Shown: one piece after another, positions 1 to 14,600 of the stretch
Layout of the letters: every line of letters starts with the position of its first letter
How positions within the stretch are numbered: position 1 is the stretch's first letter
Assembly: GCA_964016885.1 (NCBI GenBank)
Contig: OZ024757.1
Span: forward strand, 32,674,001 to 32,738,000
DNA length: 64,000 nt
Direction: 5' to 3'
Source of the DNA: Eledone cirrhosa
Taxonomy: Eukaryota
The notes under the pieces: generated by a model
Seen by the model: the letters and a program-made list of their open reading frames with translations, nothing else
The model's database searches: none
Told to the model about the DNA's origin: nothing
Made by a program: the position numbers and the translations under genes

Positions 1-1444
1 CAAATTGGCAGAGTCGTTACGTGCTCTGAGTTTAAATCTCGCTGTGGTCAACTTTGCCTTTCAACCTTTTGAGGTCGATAAAAAAAAAAAAGTTCCAGTC
101 CAGTACTGGGGTCGATTCTTCCTCTATAGAAAAATTGGTTGTGTTCAGACCTGGAGAGGGTTGGGCTTTGCCAGGTTTAAAACTGCCTTGGACACACCGT
201 ATGACAGTGCCTCTACGACTCCACAAGGTTTTATGGGATCTTTATCCTACATATATATATTAGTAAAAGTAGTGGATCAACCACGAGCTCGACAGTTTCA
301 GCTAGTTACCTCTTCTAGCCCTTGTAATGAAAATTTCTCGAAATTTTTCTGACCAAGGCTAGAGGATGTAACATAAAGCATGTCCGACGCTCTACCAATA
401 CTGTTAATCCACCTCCCTAATAATGATTTCTAGTATAGGCACAAGGCCAGTAATTTGGGGGAGGGAAGAAAAGTCGATTAAATCGACCCCAGTACATTAC
501 TGGTGCTTCATTTTATCGACGCCGTAAGGATGAGAGGCAAAGTTAACCTCGGTTGGATTTGAACTCAGACCGTAAATGGGCGTAACTCTATGCTGCAAAG
601 CAAGGTGTCCAACTCTCTACCGGTACTGCCAATCCACCACCCTAATAATAACAACAACAATTCAGTATTCTGTTGTACTCACACGACTGAGTATTTTTCT
701 GTCTATACTGTTTAACTTGACAGAATAATTCTTCCATTTGGACAATTGCTGTGGAAAAGAAAAGAGAAAATAATGAGAGAGTTAGAAAGAGAGAGGGAAT
801 GAAGATATGGAAAGAAAAGAGAAACAGAGAGAGAGAGGCTGAGAGACGAAAAGAAAAAGAAATAGAGAGAGAGAGAGAGAGAATGGGGATATGTAAAGAA
901 AAATAAGACAAAAAGAGTGACTGTGAGATGGAAAGAAAAAAGTAATAGAGAGAGAGATAGAAAGAGAGAGACTGATAGAGAAAATAGTTTTTTCTAAAAC
1001 ATATAATTAAATCAATAAAAATCATACAATAATCCAGTAAAAGAATAAAAAAATATATACTGTTACAGTTTGGGAGGATCATGCTCAAACTTGTGCATGT
1101 GGGGTTTTTTTGGTAACATTAGTAGCATGACCCTCCCAAAGTATAACAATATCTGTTTCAAAACACCCTTTCATATTAAGAATCTTGCAAAACAAATTAA
1201 AAAAAACAAAGTATATATAAACCCGTTGATATTTAAACTGGCCGTATCCGGCCAGAATTCTCTCACCTCGTTCTGTTCAAACTGGCCATAAATGGCTGCC
1301 CATATTTATGTTAAGGTATTGTTCTCAAAATAAATATCAAAATCTCATAGATTTGATATCATGTGAGATAAAGTATTTACCATGAAAATATAATAGCAAA
1401 TATAGAGTAATGTAAATGCTAAAGGGTTAAAACACAGATCTCAC

Positions 1445-1552
1445 CTGCATGGCGTCCCTGACACATTCGCCATATTGTCGACGATAAAAATGTTCTTCAA
1501 CAGGAGAAAATGACAGCCAATGGACTGTTTCAGTCTGAGTTGGAATTTTTAT
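1445..1552 (-). CDS. SHPRH: SHPRH exon (IKIPTQTETVHWLSFSPVEEHFYRRQYGECVRDAMQ)
   Basis: ctgcag acceptor, CAG|GTGAGA donor, 108 nt. Confidence 0.93.
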
Positions 1553-1558
1553 CTGCAG

Positions 1559-1589
<31 letters not shown>

Positions 1590-1890
1590 ATGATCATAAC
1601 AACTATTATTTCTACATTTGGCCTAAGGCCAGTAATTTGGGGGTAGAGGGACAGTTGATTATAAAAATAAAAATAAATAGCTAGAAGAAATAAATGAATT
1701 TTTTTTTCAATACTCTTTTTTTAAATTTTGAACATTGAAAATAACTTAAAATACTTTCGTTTATATTTTATAATTGTACAATTCATTAACATGTCATACA
1801 GGGAGTCCCAAAAAATGTATATAGACTTTGATTAGCTGTACAGGCAATAATTACTAGAAGCTGTTGAAGTGTGTATCTATTTTTTGGGAC

Positions 1891-1932
<42 letters not shown>

Positions 1933-4900
1933 CATCATCATCATTGTTTAAAGTCCACTTTTCATTCTAGCAAGAATTAGACGTGTTGTCCCATTTGAGG
2001 CAAGTTGGGTCAGGTGACCGTGTCTTGCTCATATAGTATTGTTTCTGGATAGATTTCTACAGCTGAATGCCCTTCCTAACACTAACCACATTTACAATGT
2101 GTGATGGGTGATTTTTCTAGTGACTCCTACATGACCACTTTACAGTGAGGGCTGGCTGGGTGCTTTTTGTTGTGACTCCTACACGAACACTTTACAGTGT
2201 GGGCTGGCTGGATGCTTTTTGTCGAGACATCTACATGACCACCTTTACAGTGTGGTTTGGCAGCTTTTTGTCATGATACCTACACGACCAGTTTACAGCG
2301 TGCACTGGCTAGGTGCTTTTTGTCATGACACCTACATGACCACTTTACAGTGTATATTTATATATATGTATGTGTTCCCATATTCTTCTGAATGCTCAGA
2401 TGGGGCTGGGGGTCTGCATATCACATACATTCCCACACTCTACCAAGCAGGTTTCCTATGTCTGAATGCCCTTCATATCACCAACCACTTTACAGAGTGA
2501 ATTTATCATGTAGATATATTCAATAATAATAATAATCTTTTTTTTTATCCACCACATGATACAATATATTATTCTATGTACTATAAATGCACATTTGATG
2601 AGTTGTAGTGCACCTGAACACTGTACACAATAATTTTCAATATATTATTATCATTATATAATACAGTGTGGGTTTATAGAAAAGAGAAAAAAAGAGTAAC
2701 AATAACTAAACAAATCAAAAGAAGTAACAGGAACATTGAACAAAGAAATTCCTCAACAGTGGGGAGAATTCCAAAGATTGGTTGAGGAAAAACCCACAAA
2801 AATGTGCCCTCTCCCAACTGTCTTCCTCCAATTTACAGGTGTATACTGAAAGTAGGCCCCATTCACTTGAACCAATGCTCGCCATTTTCATCCAGTTTCA
2901 ACAAGTTTACTGGAAGGCAGCACTTAACCTCTTCTCTCAATTTCTTTTACAAGTGAAACTTGAAAAAGTTGATGAAGATGTGAGCTTGGCCCAAAAGGAA
3001 AGTGTCTGTCTTCAGAGCCCTTTCAATCTTGTCCACTATACAACCTTTTTCGTCATGGACTCTGCTGATAGTTGGATCTATGCTACACAAGATAGCAACT
3101 ATTTCACATAAATCCACAAATTCTACAAGTCAGCAATGTCCAAACACTGAACAAGTGCATGAAGAAAGGAGATGGCAACATAATCTGCAATGATAGCTAC
3201 TTTTTCGGTTCTCTTTAGCAGATAAACTCTTTGTCTTTCTCAAAGCAATTTTCAGATTTTAAGGAAGGGAGGTGTATATGGCATTTAAATTCCAAATATT
3301 GCCACAAAGGGCTCAGAATAAAAACTTTCCTTTTCACAATTCAAAGTAAGGCATGTTATGAACAAAAATATAACAAACTTGTAAAAACATGGCTGTTTTA
3401 AACAATAAAAAACAAAGAACTTACAAGAGCTGAAGGCAGACATATCTGAAGCAAACAAGAGGTAAACATAATACTATAACAACAAGAACAAGTGTTTTAA
3501 CCCTTTAGCATTTAAACCGGCCGTATCCGGCCATAATTCTCTCACCTCTTTCTGTTCAAACTGGCTGTAACCAGCCGCTCATACTGATGTTAAGGTATTG
3601 TTCTCAAAATGATATCAAAATCTCATAGATTCGATATGTGAAAATATAATAGTATATATAGAGTAATGTAAATGCTAAAGAGCTACGGGCTCTCCTCTGC
3701 CAGAGCAGCATTTAGCCTTGTGGACAAGCTTCACCATTTTCCCCTATCATCTGCGTTCCAACTTGCCCAACTCCCTGGCTCTCATTTCCACAGCCATAAT
3801 CTTTAATCAAGTCTTTCCTGGTCTTCCCCTTCTCCTACTTCTTTCCATGTTTATTTTCATCCTTCCTCAACATATGACCCAACCACCTCATTCCATTTCC
3901 ATTCATGACATTCATCACTGGCTTTATTCTCATCACTTCTTCACCCAGTCATTTTCATCCTTCCTCAACACACAACCTAACCACTTCATTCCATTTCCCT
4001 TCATCACATTCTTGTATTCCCATAAATCATGGCACTTCTCACACATACAGCATATACATTCCCCTTTTCAGAAGCATGTCACTCAGTTCTCAAAGCTTCA
4101 TCCAAACACATCTTAATCTAGATAACATTGCCAAATCAGATCCATCCTCTCTATTCAACTTGTTTCCAAAGTAACATGTTTCATGTTTTCTCATCATTCC
4201 CAAGATCAAGTTCAACATCATCTCCATACACACTTTATACTTAAATATAGCTGCCAACTTATTTAATAATCCCTTCACACCTCTACCTTTTTGATATACA
4301 TCCCCCCAATGCATATCATACATTTAATGGTGCTCTCTCTCCAATATCCATCCTACATATGGCCACCTTCCTGTTCTTTCCATCTCATCAAATACTTTAC
4401 CACTTGCTATCACCTTCATTTTTCCAAAATATAGACCTTTATACCTTTTGCCTCAGTCCATCCATATTCTCTATTATTGTTTCTGCTTTTGGCACAAGGC
4501 CGGCAATTATATCAGTGCATTACTGGTACTTTATTTTATCGACCCCGTAAGGATGAAAGGCAAAGTTAACCTCAGTGGGATTTGAACTCAGACCGTAAAG
4601 GCACGTAGCTCTATGCTGGAAAGCATGGTGTCTGACCCTCTTCCGATACTGCCAATCCATATTCTCTATTATTAATACCAGGACACCTACATACAGCAAC
4701 TTCAGTGGTAAACACTGTTCTGTAGTTCAGGTCAGTAGCTCCATCAAAACTACAAGTAGTAGTGGGCTTTATACTGATTCCTGATGCACTCCAACCTATA
4801 TTTTTAACTTATCACTGTTCTTATCCTTCATCCTTACAACTCTACATGCTTTCTCATACATTGTCATCACTACTTTAACCAACCATTGCTCTGCTCCTAA

Positions 4901-5592
4901 CTCCCTCAATCTCCAGTTCTATGATAAATATAATTCTTTCAAGCATTGATACAAGGTCAGTCATCAGAGGGAAGGGGAAAGTCCACTATAAACCCCAGTA
5001 CATAACTGATACTTTATTTTATCGACCGTGGAAGGACGAAAGGCAAAGTTGAACTCAGAACATAAAAAGTTATAACTAAATACCACAAAGCATTTTTTCT
5101 GATGCTGCACCGATTCTGCCAATCCACCATCCTCACTGGTAAATACTAATAATGATTTCTACTTTAGGCACAAGGCCATCAATTTAAGGGACAAGGAAAG
5201 TTAATTATACTGACCCCAGTACTTAACTGGTACTTTATTTTATTGACCGCAAAAGGATGAAAGGCAAAGTTGACCTTGGTGGGGTTTGAACTGAGAACAT
5301 AAAGGGCCAGAACAAACACTAAGCAATTGTCCAGAGAAGAAAAAGATTATTAATAATGATAATAGTAGAATAAAGAAAGTCTCCTTACCTCATTAATGAC
5401 ATGTTTCTTTGCCGTTCGCCATAAGACAGTTGCAACAGTTTCATACAAAGGTTGTTTGATGTCGTGTAAATATGGAATATATAGCAGTTTGTTCCACCAC
5501 TGTTGGACCCAGTAAGGATCAACACCCAGGAACAGCAATAGGCCATGTAAATCTACAACATAGACAGTTTAAATTTTAGACAAATCACATAC

Positions 5593-5626
<34 letters not shown>

Positions 5627-8600
5627 ATGTGAGAGAGTATTGAACAATGAGAATAAAACAAAAGCAGGGTGCATTTTATTCTGGCACCAGGACTACCACT
5701 TTACAGAGTGGGCTGGGTGTATTTTATCATGATACCAGCACTACCACTTTACAGAGTCGACCAGATGCATTTTATCATGGCACCAGCACTTGACATATAC
5801 TGGCTTCCACCAACTGGCATTTCCTGGCACTTCTTCACCCATCGGTCATCCTCCATGCGCATCACATGTATATATATTTATATATATGTCATTAATGTTC
5901 CTTTTCCCAAGCATTAAACGCATTGTACTGTTTTCCTTATGTATATATATAGATACAACAAATTTTGATTAGTTTCTGTCTACTAATTTCACTCACAAGG
6001 CCCAAAGCTATACTAGAAAATAGCCAGCCCAAAGCTATACTAGAAAACAGCCAGCCCAAAGCTATACTAGAAAACAGCCAGCCCAAAGCTATACTAGATA
6101 ACACTTATCCAAAATTTTTCACAGTGAGAGAGAACCCCCAGAACATGTTATTGTTCATGTATTAAGAAAAACCTTTGAACATTACCATCGATATTTTTCT
6201 GTATTGGTGTTCCTGTCACACACCATTTATTGATAGCAGTTAGTCGGGAAGCCATTTCTGCTGTCTAAGAATGTAAAAAAGAAGAAAAATAACATTAATA
6301 GCAAAAACTAAAACAATATAATAAAATATGGAGCAACTCTCTGATCTCCGTGTTATGCACTCTATCGAGTAACATTACTCTAAAGTCTCTTCAGAGGAAC
6401 CCCATTTTGGCTGCTTGTATTCGCAACTGTATTCTTTTAGTCATTACCCAAGATTCATGACGATAGGTAAAGGTTGGCACGAATACTAAATTGAAGATAG
6501 CAAGTTTGGTTTTTACACCTATTTTCTTCTGATGACCGAATGCTGAAGTTAGTGCACCACTGCACCAGCTCCTGCAATTTTTGCACTTATGTTAACTACC
6601 TGCCTTCAATCACTCATGAACACAGCCCTGAAATACTTCAATTTCTCCACCTGCTTCAGTGGAACCCCACTCACATGTAGAGTGCACTGCACAGGCTTTC
6701 TTGAGAGGACGAGAGTCTCTGCATTTGCAGCACAGTGCCTCTTCATTAATGAAATAGTAAATAACACTCAGAACACAATCATCCCCATCATCATCATCAT
6801 TTAATGTCTGTTATCTCTGCTAGCAAGAGTTGGATGGTTCGTGACTGAATTTCTCAGATTGGCTGGGGCTTCATCTTGTATATGTTACCATACTCTGTAG
6901 AGTGTGCCATGAAATTCTCAATGCACCAGCACTAGGAAGGTTGTTAAATCCTAGACAAAACTGAAGAATCATCTCACCTCTTTTTTTGGCAAATTTTCCA
7001 CAATTGGATGCCCTTTCTCTCACCAACACTAGAGAGATTGTTGTGCCCTTGACACAACCTAAGAACCCTTAACTCTTTTTGGGCATGGTTTTTACAACTA
7101 GATGTCCTTGCTATCACCAATTAATAAAGCACGCTCAGGTCATGTTGATACAACCTTAGTATTTCCTCTGTATTTACTGCCCACGTCTCACTGCCATACA
7201 AGTATCATACAATCTACCCTTTGCTTGTAGAAAAAATCCTTTTGTTGTGAGCAGAGGTAGTAGCTCCCTAAACATTTCCTAGCCTGTTCTTATTCTAGTT
7301 ACTATACCTTCAGAGCAACTCCTCTCCACTGTTAATTAACCCTTTAGCATTTACATTACTCTATATTTCCTATTGTATTTTCATGGTAAACACTTTATTT
7401 CACATAATTATCTCACAAAATATTGAATCTACGAGATTTTGATATTATTCATTTTGAGAACAATACCTTAACATCAGTATGAGCAGCTGGTTAGAGCCAG
7501 TTTGAAGAGAAAGAGGTGAGAGAATTCTGGCCAGATATAGCTGGTTTAAATGCTAAAGGGTTAAGTGTAAGACAATAAGAGAGAAATTCAAGACAAGCTG
7601 AAGATACTTACTTTAGTAGTTGTGCATTCTACCATTTGAGCTTCATCTAGACATACCTGCAATGAGATGGGACAAGAATATTGATTTATTTCCTAGCTGA
7701 CATTACATAAACCCCAAGGTTTAACTCAGAGATGTGGAACATACGGCCTATATAAATAGTTATTTCTCCAAAGTTACTCAAACACTTAATCATCATCATC
7801 GTTTAACGTCTATCTTCCATGCTAGCATGGGTTTAGGTGGGAATTGTCCCATTTGAGGCAAGATTGGTCGGGTGACCGAGTCTCACTTGTATAGGACTCT
7901 CTGGCAGGATTTTTACGGCTGGATGCCCTTCCTAACACCAACCACATTTACAGTGTGGACTGGGAGCTCTTTACCATGTTACCTACACAGCCACATTACA
8001 GTGTGGACTGTGTTTTTTTGTCGTGACACCTACACAACCTCATTAGTTTGGACTGGATGTTGTGGTACCAACATAACTTTACAGAGAAAGAGTGGTGTTG
8101 GTGGGAGTGGGAGGATGGAATAGGGGTAGTGGGTTGGAGTGTATATTTGGTTAGGAGGTGCCAACTGACTGTAGGTTTCGCTTTGTACATAGGCAAGGTG
8201 GGTCTTCTGTATTACTGTGTGGCGCCAAAGATCACGGTCCAGTCACATTGTCTTAGAGAGGTGCAAATGTGTAACGTTTGAATATATCAAATCGTCCCAG
8301 GTTTTTCTCCGTAACTTCCATCAATTTTGATCACCCTGCACTTTTTTATACAGCTGTCGTCTTTCATGCGCATCATGTGACCATACCAACGTAGTCTTCT
8401 CTCAAGTAAACAGCATCTGATCCCTCTTATTCCTAATTTTTCACTTAGTTCATTTATGTTTTGCCGTTCGTGTATATTACTATTACACATCCAACGAAGC
8501 ATGCATGCTTTGTTCCTTTCCAGTCTGCGCAGATCCTCTGCACACAATGCCCATGTCTCACTGCCATGTAACATTGCTGTTCGTATACAGGCACCATACT

Positions 8601-11600
8601 ATCTGCCTTTCATTTTTAGAGAGAAACCTTTTGTAGCCAACAGCGGTATAAGCTCTCTGAACTTTTTCCATTCCGTTCTGACTCTGCCTCTGTACTTTCA
8701 GAGCACCCTCCACCACTGCTGATTTTGTACATATATGCTGAACATTTTTGTAATTATATCCTAAAAATCTGTCTAGGCGGCGAATTGGCAGAGTCATTAG
8801 AATGTTGGATAGAATGCTTTATGGCATTTGTTTCGGCTCTCTGAGTTCAAATCCCGCTGAGGTCAACTTTGCCTTTCATCCTTTTGAGGTCGATAAAAAA
8901 GTACCAGTCTAGTGCTGGGGTCGATTTTTCCTTACTCTCTGGAAGAAATCTGCTATACTCAGGCCTAGAGAAATATGGGCTCTACCAGACTTAAAAATAC
9001 CCAAGAAACGCTGTATGTCAATACGGCATCCCTATGACTCTATCAGGAGTTACGCGACAATACATACATACTAAAATAATTTATTAATTATATCCTATAA
9101 ATAAATCATGGAAGTATCACTCTTATCCTTAATCACTTCCACGTGTCAGTAATTAACATAAACTATAGGGTTTCTCTTATGATAGCTGTCTACTCATTGA
9201 CAAAGTATAGTCATCACTGACAATTAGAAAATGTCAAATGGCCACAACAACAACGATAATAACTATACACAACTTACCCGCCACCATCTTACAGCAACCA
9301 TAGGACTAGGGATTGTCATATACCGTTTAGGTTTGCGAAATTTTTTTCCTGTAGATGCTGCAACAAAAAGAATTTCAAATTTGATAGAATTAGAAAAAGA
9401 AAAATATTTCAATATAAAGTTTTCAAGTATAACCAAACATATCTATAAATTATATTATATGACATGGAGGCACATGGCTTAGTGGTTAGAGCATTGGCCT
9501 TGCAATTGAAGGGTTGTGAGTTCAATTTTCAGACCGGGTGATGTGTTGTTTCCTTGAGCAAGACACTTTATTTCCCATTGGTCCAGTTTACTCAGCTGTA
9601 GAAATGAGATGATAGGGACTGGGGTCCATATCATTCCACTGCAAAGTGGTCATGCAGGTGCCATGGCAATAAAGCACCCAGCACGCACTGTAAATGAGGT
9701 TGGTGTTAGGAAGGGCATCCAGCTGTAGAAACCAAGCCAAAATCAGTTCCCGTCCCACCCTTGCAAGCAGGAAAAAAGCGGACGTGAAATGAAATGATGA
9801 TGATGATTGGATCTCTCTCTCTCTCTCTCTGGTACATTGATTAAAAAACACCCAGTCCACCGTGTAAGGTGGTAGTGATACCAACCCTGGAGATGTTTTG
9901 TCATATCTCTGATGTGACTGAACTAAAAAAAAGAAAGAGTAGTTGGAAAAATAGCAAAACTCTTGCTTACATATCATGTGAGGAAGGTCTACATAGTTTA
10001 GTTCTTTACATAATGTTTCATATGTAGTCACTACTATATCATAGGAGGCCAGTTTATATGGCGAAATGTAGCGCTGTCGTCCAACACCTTCATATACCTG
10101 TCAATGAGATACATAAGACATTCAATCAATCATATATATATATATATATATATATATGAGACGTGGGTTCAATTGGGGGTAACCACAGTAAGTAAAATAC
10201 TCAATACATGAGAGAAAAGCAGACGTAAAATGATGATGATTATATATATGTATATATAAAAACCATAATCATGATAATTGTTACTATATTTAGCACAAGG
10301 TCAGTAATTAGGTAGGAAGGGGAAAGTCAATTAAATTAAAACCAATATATTTCTGATACTTTATTCTATTGACCCCGTAAGGATGAAAAGCAAAGCTAAT
10401 CTAAATGGGATTTGAAGTTGCAACATAAAGGGCTGTTACTATATGCTGCAAACCATATTGTCCAATGCTCTACCAATACTGTCAATAATATTAACAATAA
10501 TAATAATGGTTTCTGATTTAGGCAGAAGGCCAGCAGTTACTCAGTACATTACTGGTACTTTATTTTATCGACCCCGTAAGGAAGAAAAGTAAAACTAACC
10601 TCAGCAGGATTTGAGCTCAGAATGAAACTATATTGTCCAATGCTCTACTGATACTGCCAATCAATTTATAATAATAATAATAATTGTTTCTACTATAGGC
10701 ACAAGACCAGTAATTTAAAGGGGAGGGGAAAATCGATTAAATCGACACCAGTGTGTTACTGGTACTTTATTTTATCAACCCTGTAAGGATGAAAGGCAAA
10801 GCTAACCTCGGCAGGATTTGAACTCAGAAAGTAAATTAACAATTGTTTCTACTTTTGGCACAAAGCCAGCAATTACTCCAGTGTATTACTGGTACTTTAT
10901 TTTATCAACCCCCGTAAGGATGAAAGACAAAGCTAACCTTGGCGGGATTTGAACTCAGACCGCAAAGGGCCGTAACTCTATGCTGCAAAGTATGGCGTCC
11001 GACTCTCTACTGATACTGCCAAATAATAATAGTAATAATGATTTCGACACCAGTCTGTGACTGGTACTTTATTTTATCGACCCCATAAGGATGAAAGGCA
11101 AAGTTAATCTCGGCAGGATTTGAACTCAGACCGTAAAGGGCCGTAACTCTATGCTGCAAAGCATGGTGTCCAACTCTCTACCGATACTGCCAATCCAAAA
11201 TTATTAATAATAACAATATAGAAACATACAAAGACTTTGAAAGTGTTCTCCTTGACATGTTTTTTGATTTCTTCCAACCACTGATATCTGATGGACATTG
11301 GGGCAACAATGAGAGTGGCACCAGAAAGAATTGGTTCCTAAAATAGAAACAATCAATAAATTATAGTAATAACAATAGATCAATAGATACAAATGATCAA
11401 TAGATAGCTAGATAGTCTAAAGTCTGTCTCGAAACTGGAAGCACATCAGGCTGGTGCTTATCCAGGTTTCTGTGGCATTGAGTACAAGACTTCCCCTGGA
11501 CAGGACAGAAGTCCATTGTAGGGTTAAATCCCCAGCTTTAGCTGGTACTCATTTTCAGCTGAGTATACTGGAGCAACATGAAATTAAATATTTTGTTCAA

Positions 11601-14600
11601 GAATACAACATGCAACTCAGTCCAGGAATCAAACCCACATTATCATTGTAAGTACAACATACTTACCACTAGGCCACGTGCCTCCACTTATAGATTGAAA
11701 GAAACGATCAATAAACTATAGTGATGGTGTTTAACAACAAGTAAATGGAGACTTCTGGTGTCCTTGGTCCTAGGACCACCTCCCTACTCACCACCATCAG
11801 CATGGAGTTGGCTACCGACAAGTGTGAGCCTCACAAGCTGGAATGGCTTTAAAAATTATAAGTAGTCTTTCATTAGAAATATGGTAGTGAAAGGATTAAG
11901 TTATGCCTCAAACACCAACATATATGCTGAGTTGCTGAAGCATGGAACAAAATACCTGCATCAGTTGTTAGCTGTCGGGACACTGCATCCTTCAGAACTT
12001 CCATGCTTCCCGAAATTCGCCAACACTACGCATGATATTCCCCCTCCATATATACGCATGCATGTGTGTGTGTGTATATCATGACTCGTACATTGTTCAC
12101 TTTCCTGACATTTGTACATTATTCTATGTACCATACATACACCTTTAATAAGTTGTAGTGTACCTGAGCACTGTACACAATAATTTTCATTATTTCATTA
12201 TTATTTCATATAATGAGAAAGTATTATTCGTAAAATCCTCCAAATTTTTCAAAGTGATTTGAACATTATAAGAAGTGTCTTTCATTAGGAATATTGTAAC
12301 AAAAAAGGTAACAAATAAAAGTACTAAATAGAAATAAAACAGTGTATTTCATTAGAAATATGGTCAGGAATGGGTTAAATCTCTCTCTGATTGATCAACA
12401 AGATCCCAGACCTCCTTCGCTTGCCGATTGGGGTGGATTTTGTCAAATCGGACCAAGGAAACAATGTTTCCATTGCTGATACTATCTACCAATTGCAATT
12501 CCTGGCAGAAGGAGCAACGTGAAATAAAGTGTCTTGCTCGAGGACATAACACATCACCTGGTTCGATAACTGAACTCGCAACCTCACGATTGCAATCTAA
12601 CTCTCTAACCACTAAGCCATGCGCCTTCACTCAAGGGTTAAATAAACTAAATAAACTACTTACTGAGGCCACTTGACAGTGTGGACATAGAAACGGCCGA
12701 TCATTGATATATTCTTCATAGTCAATACATTCTCCATGTAACCATATTTTACACAAAGCACACTGGATCTCGTAGTCAAAATTGGTGGAGTAAGACTTTC
12801 CACAGATGCACTGGAATATCCGATCTCTTTCTTCTCCATCAGAATCTGATTCCTATAATGTCAGATGTGTAGAAAAATTAATTTCATAGCTGTGAAAATA
12901 ATCATTATTATCATTATTTTACCATCTTACTGTTTTTCCATGCTGGCATGGGTTGTGTGGGTTGTTAGTGACCAAGTCAGTATTAAATTAGAGTTACTGT
13001 CTTCCTAGATGGGTTAGGGGACCACACCTCACATAATATGGTCCATTCTTGGCATGGTTTCTTTGGTTTGGTGCCCTTCCTAATGCCACCCATTTTACAG
13101 AGTGTACTGAGTGCATCATCCTACCAGCATTAAAGAGTTTGTCACATCTTTGACGTAGCTAAAGCATCCTTGATACTCTTTTTGGTAAGATTTCAACAGC
13201 TCAATACCCTTCTTAATGCCAACAACATTACAGAATGTACTGAATGCAGTTTATCATTCCACCAACACTAGAGAGGTTGTCATGTCTTTGACGTGGCTGA
13301 AGAGTCTTCTACCCTCTTTGGTAAGATTTCCACAGCTGGATGCCCTTCCTAATGCCAACTATTATACAAAGGGTAGTGGGTGCATTTTATAGTGTAAAAG
13401 CATGGCCATTTGTTACCAAAAGAGGCCTGTACCATTTACAATCCATCTGACAAGTCTCCAAACCGTTTCCGTCTACCCAATTTCACACACTAGTCATAGG
13501 TCGACCTGAGGCTATGATAAATGACACTTGCCCAAGATGCCATACACTGCGGGATTGAACCTGTAACCTTTTAACTGTGGATCAAACTCTCTAACCGTTC
13601 AGCTATGCTGCGTTCAAAATAAAAGAATATTTAATATTTACCTGAACATTAGGGCGTTTCAAATCTGGACGTGATGACTCTAGTTCTTCTGTACAGGGGT
13701 GAAGTAATAAGCAAGAGAGAACCTCTACTGTTTTACCTAAGCCCATTTCATCAGCCAGTATTCCACCGGCAGCGGAAACCTCCATAATTGGTTTCTTCTC
13801 AACCAATCTAGAATTATACACAAACAACATATATTAGCAACGATAAGCATTATCTTAACAAATGAACAGAAAAAGAGACCCTACTGTGAGACCCACAAGC
13901 CTAACCCCTACATTAGCAGGGAAAATGGCTTTAAAATGCTTGCTGTTAACTGCAAACTATGAAAGTGCTTTTTATGTCATCTTTAAATATTAAAATAGAT
14001 TCAGAAAATGAAATATATATATATATATATATATTTTAGAAATTTCGTATTTCTAATGAAACATGGTATGTTTAAAGCAAACATTTAGGAAGCCGTAGCT
14101 ATGCAAACACCGGGGCTAACGCCCTCTGGTGGTGTCCAGCAGAAGCAAGGGGGACAACCGTCTATGCATTTCAGGCTTGACTGGCCTTCATCAGGATGGG
14201 GACCATCCTGATGAAGGCCAGTCAAGCCTGAAATGCCCACCGCTTGCAACTGCTGGACTTGAGACCAGTCAAGAATATATAGTTTTGTAGTGACCTACAT
14301 TCCGCGGGCTCACATACATTCTCTGTGCGTGATTTGGCTCAGCTCAGCCAATCAGCGCCAGTAGAAGAGGATGTATCCCTACGCGCCCTGAGGAAGAAAT
14401 TCACCGCGAAGATTTGAAGAATCTCGCTCTTGTACCAGAAACTTCGAGCCAGCAACACGCATAATGTAGCGGTGAGATATTGCACCCCTAGCCTCGCCGG
14501 TTTAACGACGCAATGACACATTCCCTTTTGTAACCTCTTTTTATCTGTAACTTCAACCATATAAATAAACAAACATTTCATCTCTAATTACTGCGGTTGA

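Noticed and set aside
642-1088. 148-aa hydrophobic ORF
   Set aside because: Translation of (AG)n low-complexity sequence
5965-6165. ORF with PKAILENSQ repeats
   Set aside because: 27-bp intronic tandem repeat antisense to SHPRH; no gene context
9466-9540. tRNA genes at SINE heads
   Set aside because: A and B boxes are present but there is no full cloverleaf, and the sequence runs directly into SINE bodies
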